Source of the DNA: Acidimicrobiia bacterium | GTDB taxonomy: Bacteria; Actinomycetota; Acidimicrobiia; Spongiisociales; ZC4RG35 | Assembly: GCA_009837815.1 (NCBI GenBank) | Contig: VXSV01000072.1 | Location: 1-49,169 of the forward strand | DNA: 49,169 nt | Reading direction: 5' to 3' | In this document: piece by piece, positions 44,501 through 49,169 of the stretch | Layout: every line of letters starts with the position of its first letter | Position numbering within the stretch: position 1 is the stretch's first letter | Notes under the pieces: model-generated | Seen by the model: the letters and a program-made list of their open reading frames with translations, nothing else | What the model was told of the DNA's origin: nothing | Database searches by the model: none | Translations under genes and position numbers: made by a program

Positions 44501-46264
44501 TTGATAACCGTCAGCAAAAAAGCAGTAGCGAGTCTGGCAACGGCTTTCCTTTGCTTTTCGCTCACTATTGGCTTTGCCGTGGGACAATCCACACCCGACT
44601 TTGAGGACGTGCCTACAGGTCACATCGCTGAAAGAGCCATCCACTGGGCCGCGGCTAACGGTATAACCGCCGGGGTGGGCAACAACCGCTTCGGCTTGGG
44701 ACAGACTCTTACCCGCTACGAGATGGTGACCTTTCTCTGCCGGTCTTTTGATCCTGTTGCTTGCGGCGCGGGTACCAAGGGAAGCGACACGTTCGTTGAT
44801 CTTCCTGCTGATCACTGGGCGAACTTCTCCGTCGGATGGGCAGTCGAGAAGGGAATCACCAGCGGCATCAGCACCAATCAGTTCGGCGGCGTTGGAACGC
44901 TCACCCGCGAGCAGATGGTCACCTTCCTGTACCGGGCGAAGGGATCGCCTATCGGGGGTCCAACTGGAAACGACGCTTTCACCGACGCTCCCACCGACCC
45001 GGACCACTGGGCAAATCCCCCGATTGGATGGGCGTATCAGCAAGGGATCACCGGAGGAGTCTCGGCAGGAGTGTTCGGGTACGGAACCACGCTGTCCAGG
45101 GAGGAAATGGTGTTGTTCCTCTGCCGAGCGGTGGCGCCGGACATCTGCGCGCCGTCTCAATCTCCACTACCGTCCAGCGTGAGTACCACAACAACTACAA
45201 CGACCGCACCACCCAAGGGGGCGAATTGCGACTTCCCTGATCATGCCGCCCGGATATCCGAGGCGGTATTTCAGGTTCACACCGGTGACAGCATTGGCAC
45301 GGCGTTCTACATCGGCAATGACGAGTGGCTCACAGCAGCTCATGTCGTAGGTGGGCAGCGCAGTGTAACTCTCCGGCGTGGAGGGATCTCGGTCACCGCA
45401 GGCGTAGTCGGAATCAACCAAGTCTCCGACTTGGCGCTTCTCCAGGCCGAGGCCGGCACTATCAGGCCTCTTCAGTTCGGAAAGCTATCTGACATCGGTC
45501 CCGGCCATCCGGTGTTCAGTGTCGGCTTCCCCTTTAGCGTGGCGCCCCAGCCATCCGTCACCAGCGGGGTTCTTTCCCGCTTCGAATCCCACCCCGCTCT
45601 CGGAACTCTGGTGGTCACGGATGCCGCTATTAGCCCCGGCAACAGCGGCGGACCGCTTCTCAACAAATGCGGGGAGGTGATCGGTCTCGTCGTGTCGAAG
45701 ATTGCCCATGTAGAAGTTGAGGGTATCTCCTACGCTGTTGCGGAAACCACCATCGCACAGCGCCTACCGGACCTTCGCTCAACGACACCAGATGATGTCT
45801 CTGTGTCAGGTGATACCGGGGACTGGATCCACTTCACCGGGGAAGGAATCGACGGTAAATACAAGGGATACGCACTGGGCGCCGCCGAACACAGTGGATT
45901 TACATGGGAACAATCTCCTACCTTGCTCGTCAGGTGCGGACTATCCAGCTCGAACTGGCACTCCATCTTCATTGGAACGGACTGGCTGATCCAAAGCGCC
46001 GAGGGGGATAACGGGGAGGTGATAGTGGAGTACAGGTTTGGGAACATGGAAAACCTCGTTGCCGAGTGGTGGTGGAGCAACGAGAAATTCGAATCAGCAA
46101 TCTTTGCCGACGAAACCTTCACCGAATTTGCCTCACGGCTACGTAGCGCCGGCAACGGATCCCTTTGGGTGAGAATCTGGGATGGATTCAGCAACGAATC
46201 CTATTCCATGCGTTTTGAGATAGACGGCGCTGTCAGCATGCTCAACGACCTCGATTGCTGGTAA
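44501..46264 (+). CDS. Secreted protein: signal peptide, 3 SLH domains, Thr-rich linker, trypsin-like (S1) serine protease domain and ~170-aa unrecognised C-terminal domain
   Basis: TTG start with GGTGGAG 6 nt upstream. Signal peptide is MITVSKKAVASLATAFLCFSLTIGFAVGQS. There are three SLH repeats (F.D[VLA]P..HWA...I.WA...GIT.G......F....LTR.[EQ]MVTFL.R). Catalytic triad context: TAAHVV, SDLALLQ, GNSGGPLL. The C-terminal part (from about TTPDDVSVSG to the end) is unrecognised. Confidence 0.85.
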   Translation: MITVSKKAVASLATAFLCFSLTIGFAVGQSTPDFEDVPTGHIAERAIHWAAANGITAGVGNNRFGLGQTLTRYEMVTFLCRSFDPVACGAGTKGSDTFVDLPADHWANFSVGWAVEKGITSGISTNQFGGVGTLTREQMVTFLYRAKGSPIGGPTGNDAFTDAPTDPDHWANPPIGWAYQQGITGGVSAGVFGYGTTLSREEMVLFLCRAVAPDICAPSQSPLPSSVSTTTTTTTAPPKGANCDFPDHAARISEAVFQVHTGDSIGTAFYIGNDEWLTAAHVVGGQRSVTLRRGGISVTAGVVGINQVSDLALLQAEAGTIRPLQFGKLSDIGPGHPVFSVGFPFSVAPQPSVTSGVLSRFESHPALGTLVVTDAAISPGNSGGPLLNKCGEVIGLVVSKIAHVEVEGISYAVAETTIAQRLPDLRSTTPDDVSVSGDTGDWIHFTGEGIDGKYKGYALGAAEHSGFTWEQSPTLLVRCGLSSSNWHSIFIGTDWLIQSAEGDNGEVIVEYRFGNMENLVAEWWWSNEKFESAIFADETFTEFASRLRSAGNGSLWVRIWDGFSNESYSMRFEIDGAVSMLNDLDCW

Positions 46265-46403
46265 TTCAGCAATTTCGAAAGGGAGAGGTTTCGCGTATTT
46301 ATGGGGAAGGGGATGGTCTGCGGGCCCGTTAGACGCCATTCACGGGTTACACGTACTGGTGAATCCATCGGGTTTGATGTCTACGCCCGTTTAGATCCCA
46401 GGA

Positions 46404-47006
46404 TCACGGCCGGGGGCCGAAGACCGGGCCGACCGTGCGCTCCCGCTTGACCTCCCAGATTCCGGGTTGGGCGGCCAAGTTGGCGAAGCTGTCGAAGAGA
46501 GTCAGGGCCGCTTCTCCGGTTGGCGCCGGGGAGATGACCGGGCCGAAGTACCCATACTGGCCGTCGAACACTATGGCCGGAACTCCGATGTCGTCGCCCA
46601 GGAGACTCAGCACCTCAGACATGGACTCCTCGATGGCCTCGTCCCAGCGGGGATCGGCGGCGGCCGAAGCCCAGTCCGGGGAGCGGCCGATGGCCTGCAG
46701 GCCGGCTGCAAAGTCGGGGAACCGATCCTGGTCGTGGTGGTAGCGAGCTCCGAGTTCTGTGTAGAAGTCCCCCACGAACTCCTCTCCCTCGCTTCGGCGG
46801 GCCGCTTCCACTATTCGCAACGCTCCCCGCCCCCAGTCGGCGACGGTCCAGTAGTCCTCGGAACGGTCGAGGCCTTGGTTCTTGATGTACAGGCTGAAGG
46901 TCCGCCAGGTGACCTCCACCGGCCGGTGGGGCTCCACTTCAGCAAGCCAACGGCTGGTGATCCAGCACCACGGACAAACCGGGTCGAAGTAGAAGTCGAC
47001 TTTCAT
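46404..47006 (-). CDS. DsbA-like thiol reductase with CPWC active site (Rv2466c / mycoredoxin-2-like)
   Basis: MKVDFYFDPVCPWCWITSRWLAEV... and C-terminal GVPAIVFDG..YFGPVIS...FANLAAQPGIWEVKRERT closely parallel the M. tuberculosis Rv2466c sequence as I remember it. Confidence 0.75.
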   Translation of the reverse strand: MKVDFYFDPVCPWCWITSRWLAEVEPHRPVEVTWRTFSLYIKNQGLDRSEDYWTVADWGRGALRIVEAARRSEGEEFVGDFYTELGARYHHDQDRFPDFAAGLQAIGRSPDWASAAADPRWDEAIEESMSEVLSLLGDDIGVPAIVFDGQYGYFGPVISPAPTGEAALTLFDSFANLAAQPGIWEVKRERTVGPVFGPRP

Positions 47007-47129
47007 ACCCGGAAAGAATAGGAGGGAGTGAGCGAAGGCGTGCAGGCGGGAAGAGAGATCGCGAAAAGAAGGGGACAGAAAGTCAACGGTGAAGCTTGAC
47101 TCCTGTCACTGTCCCGGGGCATATTGAAA

Positions 47130-47311
47130 AGGTCGAACACCTCCCGGTCCGTTCCGACGTCGTCCGGACCGCACAATGAGCGCCCCGTGGCGGGCAGGAG
47201 GTCATATCTGTTCCGAAGGCGATCCGTGGCGCTACCGGCGGAGCGCGTTCGGACCTGCGGTGGTGGAGGCGGGGGATGGGCCCGATGGGCTATGAGAGCC
47301 GGGCCGTTTTT
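47130..47311 (+). ncRNA. Candidate ~180-nt small RNA (promoter-like hexamers plus intrinsic terminator, no credible ORF); family not recognised
   Basis: TTGACT (47096..47101), then 18 nt, then CATATT (47120..47125). Internal 7-bp hairpin CGGTCCG/CGGACCG (47145..47171). Terminator at 47279..47311. Both flanking genes are on the opposite strand. The only ORF (47124..47321) is Arg/Gly-rich junk. Confidence 0.2.
47279..47311 (+). terminator. Intrinsic terminator-like hairpin plus T5 on the plus strand
   Basis: GGCCC(GATG)GGCT-ATGAG-AGCCGGGCC followed by G-TTTTT. That is 9 bp in total with a 4-nt bulge. A T-run is rare in this GC-rich DNA. Confidence 0.45.
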
Positions 47312-47376
47312 CGCGACATAGACAAGCCGATTCGCGGTCTCTGCTTGGAGTCGGCGATGCCCTCTTCGCCAGCCCT

Positions 47377-47949
47377 CTAACCCTTGGCCTTGGCGGCCTT
47401 CTTCATTTCCCGCTTCATCTCCCGCAGTTCAGCAACATCCTCCCAGCGAGCGACGTCGGCGATGGAAGGACGCTGGGCGGCTTCGTCTTCCCAACCGGGT
47501 GGTTGGATGCCCATACGCTTGCCCAGAATGCCCACGAACACCCGCGACTTCATCTCCCCGTAGCCGGGCAGGCTCTTCAAGCGTTTGTACAGGTCTCTGC
47601 CGTCCCCGGCTTCCTTCCAGAGACGCTCGGCAACGCCATCATATTCGTCAACCAGGGTCCGGCACAGAGCTTGGGTGCGTTTGGCCATAGACGCCGGGTA
47701 GCGATGTATGGCCGGCGGGCCCCGGAAGATGGCGGCGAACTCCTCGGGATCCCATTCGGCGATTTCGCCTGCGTCCAGCGGGCCGCCCAGCCGCTCCCGG
47801 AGCAGGTAGGGACCGAAGAAGGCTCGCTCCATGGGGAACTGCTGGTCGAGCAGCATGCCGATCAGCAGCGCCAAACTGTCCTCCGCCAACAGACGGTCGG
47901 CGGCGGCATTGTTGGTCCAAGGAAGGGATTTGGGAGGGTTGACAGTCAT
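47377..47949 (-). CDS. HhH-GPD-type base-excision DNA repair family protein
   Basis: AADRLLAEDSLALLIGMLLDQQFPMERAFFGPYLLRERLG... plus LPGYGEMKSRVFVGILGK and a Lys-rich tail match the small actinobacterial HhH-GPD-type family as I recall it. ATG 47949 is preferred. A GTG at 47988 is an alternative start. Confidence 0.7.
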   Translation of the reverse strand: MTVNPPKSLPWTNNAAADRLLAEDSLALLIGMLLDQQFPMERAFFGPYLLRERLGGPLDAGEIAEWDPEEFAAIFRGPPAIHRYPASMAKRTQALCRTLVDEYDGVAERLWKEAGDGRDLYKRLKSLPGYGEMKSRVFVGILGKRMGIQPPGWEDEAAQRPSIADVARWEDVAELREMKREMKKAAKAKG

Positions 47950-48020
47950 CTGTCTACCTGCAATGTCGGGGGATCTAATATCAGCCACAATCGAAGCAAA
48001 CCGAGCAGAAAAGAGGATCG

Positions 48021-49169
48021 ATGATGGCTCAAAGGAAGTTTACTCTCGCCGAGTCCCAGATACCCACCAGTTGGTACAACATCATTCCTGACCTTCCGGC
48101 GCCTCCCCCTCCGGTGCTTCATCCCGGAACGCATCAGCCGGTGGGCCCCGACGATCTGGCGCCTCTCTTTCCCATGGCGCTCATCCTCCAGGAGGTGTCA
48201 GCGGACTCCCGGATCGACATCCCCGGGGAGGTCATCGATGTCTACCGAATGTGGAGGCCTACTCCCCTGTATCGCGCCATCGGTCTGGAAAAGGCGCTCG
48301 ACACGCCCGCCCGCATCTATTACAAATACGAGGGAGGAAGCCCGGCCGGTTCCCACAAGCCCAATACGGCGGTGGCCCAGGCCTTCTACAACGCTCAGGA
48401 AGGGGTCAAGAAGCTGACCACCGAGACCGGCGCCGGGCAGTGGGGATCCGCCCTCGCTCTGGCCTGCGCCATCTTCGGAATGGACTGTGAGGTCTGGCAG
48501 GTGAGAGCCTCCTTCGATCAGAAGCCCTACCGCAAATCGATGATGGAGGTATGGGGCGCCACGGTGCATCCCTCGCCATCGGAGGTGACCAACGCCGGGC
48601 GGACCGTGCTCGAATCCGATCCCGACTCGCCGGGGAGCCTGGGGATCGCCATCTCGGAGGCTGTGGAGGTGGCCGCTATCAATCCGGACGCCAAGTACTC
48701 GCTGGGGAGCGTCCTCAATCATGTTCTGCTGCACCAGACCGTCATCGGCGAGGAGGCCCTCGATCAGATGGCCATGGCCGGGCACACCCCCGACGTCATC
48801 GTGGGCTGCACCGGGGGCGGCTCCAACTTCTCGGGGTTGATGTTCCCCTTCCTGCGGGAGAAACTGGCGGGGAGGATCGATCCGATCATTCGGGCCTCGG
48901 AGCCCGCCTCCTGTCCGTCCTTCACCAAGGGCGAGTACCGGTACGACTTCGGGGACACCATCGGGATGACTCCGCTCATCAAGATGCACACCCTCGGCCA
49001 CTCTTTCATACCCGACCCGATCCATGCCGGGGGTTTGCGCTATCACGGGATGTCTCCCCTGCTCTCCCACATTTATGACCTGGGGCTGATAGAGGCGGAG
49101 GCCATCGGACAGAATGAGTGCTTCGCGGCCGGAGTCCAGTTCGCCCGGTCCGAGGGCATCGTCCCCGCC
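48021..49169 (+). CDS. trpB: TrpB-like PLP-dependent enzyme (tryptophan synthase beta chain 2, TrpB2), 3'-truncated by the window edge
   Basis: Not in the ORF track because it is open-ended. ATG 48021 follows AAGAGGA. The frame is open for 383 codons to the window end. [27 protein letters not shown] contains the PLP lysine and is characteristic of TrpB2, as are [11 protein letters not shown] and [21 protein letters not shown]. Confidence 0.9.
   Translation, partial: MMAQRKFTLAESQIPTSWYNIIPDLPAPPPPVLHPGTHQPVGPDDLAPLFPMALILQEVSADSRIDIPGEVIDVYRMWRPTPLYRAIGLEKALDTPARIYYKYEGGSPAGSHKPNTAVAQAFYNAQEGVKKLTTETGAGQWGSALALACAIFGMDCEVWQVRASFDQKPYRKSMMEVWGATVHPSPSEVTNAGRTVLESDPDSPGSLGIAISEAVEVAAINPDAKYSLGSVLNHVLLHQTVIGEEALDQMAMAGHTPDVIVGCTGGGSNFSGLMFPFLREKLAGRIDPIIRASEPASCPSFTKGEYRYDFGDTIGMTPLIKMHTLGHSFIPDPIHAGGLRYHGMSPLLSHIYDLGLIEAEAIGQNECFAAGVQFARSEGIVPA

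Noticed and set aside
47124-47321. 65-aa ORF in the dsbA-like/HhH-GPD intergenic gap
   Set aside because: It has a TTG start without an SD. The product (MKRSNTSRSVPTSSGPHNERPVAGRRSYLFRRRS...GGGGGGW...) is Arg/Gly-rich with no hydrophobic core. The region is better explained as non-coding RNA or spacer.
48198-49070. 290-aa minus-strand ORF (the only track entry covering this region)
   Set aside because: The opposite strand in frame with ATG 48021 encodes an unmistakable TrpB2 (PLP-Lys motif GSHKPNTA) and is open to the window end. The minus-strand ORF is its shadow.
1-49169. Mobile elements, prophage, defence islands, CRISPR, rRNA/tRNA
   Set aside because: I looked for integrase, transposase or recombinase motifs, terminal inverted repeats, regularly spaced repeats and tRNA-like structures in every intergenic gap and found none. 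The only compositional outliers are the fic islet and the SLH-protease gene.

Overview
High-GC (about two-thirds G+C, judged by eye) chromosomal segment. It looks actinobacterial: it carries the bS22 mini ribosomal protein, a DUF3151-like protein, an Rv2466c-like CPWC mycoredoxin and an Rv0338c-like membrane Fe-S reductase. I support about 45 protein-coding genes, mostly housekeeping or metabolic: zwf, clpB, ppdK, thrB, pheA, proC, bcp, gcdH-like, a form-II CoxSLM-type molybdo-flavoenzyme, a heterodimeric ABC exporter, an NfeD/SPFH pair, an ATP-dependent DNA ligase and a partial TrpB2. I found no rRNA, tRNA, CRISPR array, transposase, integrase or prophage genes.

Several ORF-track entries are over-extended at the N-terminus or are antisense shadow ORFs typical of high-GC DNA. 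I re-derived those starts by reading Shine-Dalgarno sites and stop/start overlaps. Three small genes below the track's size cut-off were found by hand: bS22 (16104..16196), a 52-aa membrane mini-protein (216..374) and a 47-aa one (20383..20526). The open-ended trpB2 (48021..49169) is also missing from the track.

Nothing here is a compelling brand-new system. The best candidates for follow-up are:
1. A Tat-less molybdopterin oxidoreductase whose Fe-S subunit is fused to an NrfD-like membrane domain, followed by a thioredoxin-like ferredoxin that appears to lack a canonical start codon (7408..12306).
2. An orphan CpaE/Ssd-like P-loop protein with both Walker-A lysines replaced by Arg, plus a small partner (38730..40012).
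3. A low-GC SLH-anchored trypsin-like protease with an unrecognised C-terminal domain (44501..46264).
4. An AT-rich islet with a bipartite 85-bp-period direct repeat in front of a class-II Fic gene (6197..7401).
5. A lipoprotein / membrane protein / mini-protein operon (143..2368).
6. A promoter-plus-terminator unit with no credible ORF, possibly an sRNA (47096..47311).

All family assignments rest on motifs read from the translations. No searches or computations were run.
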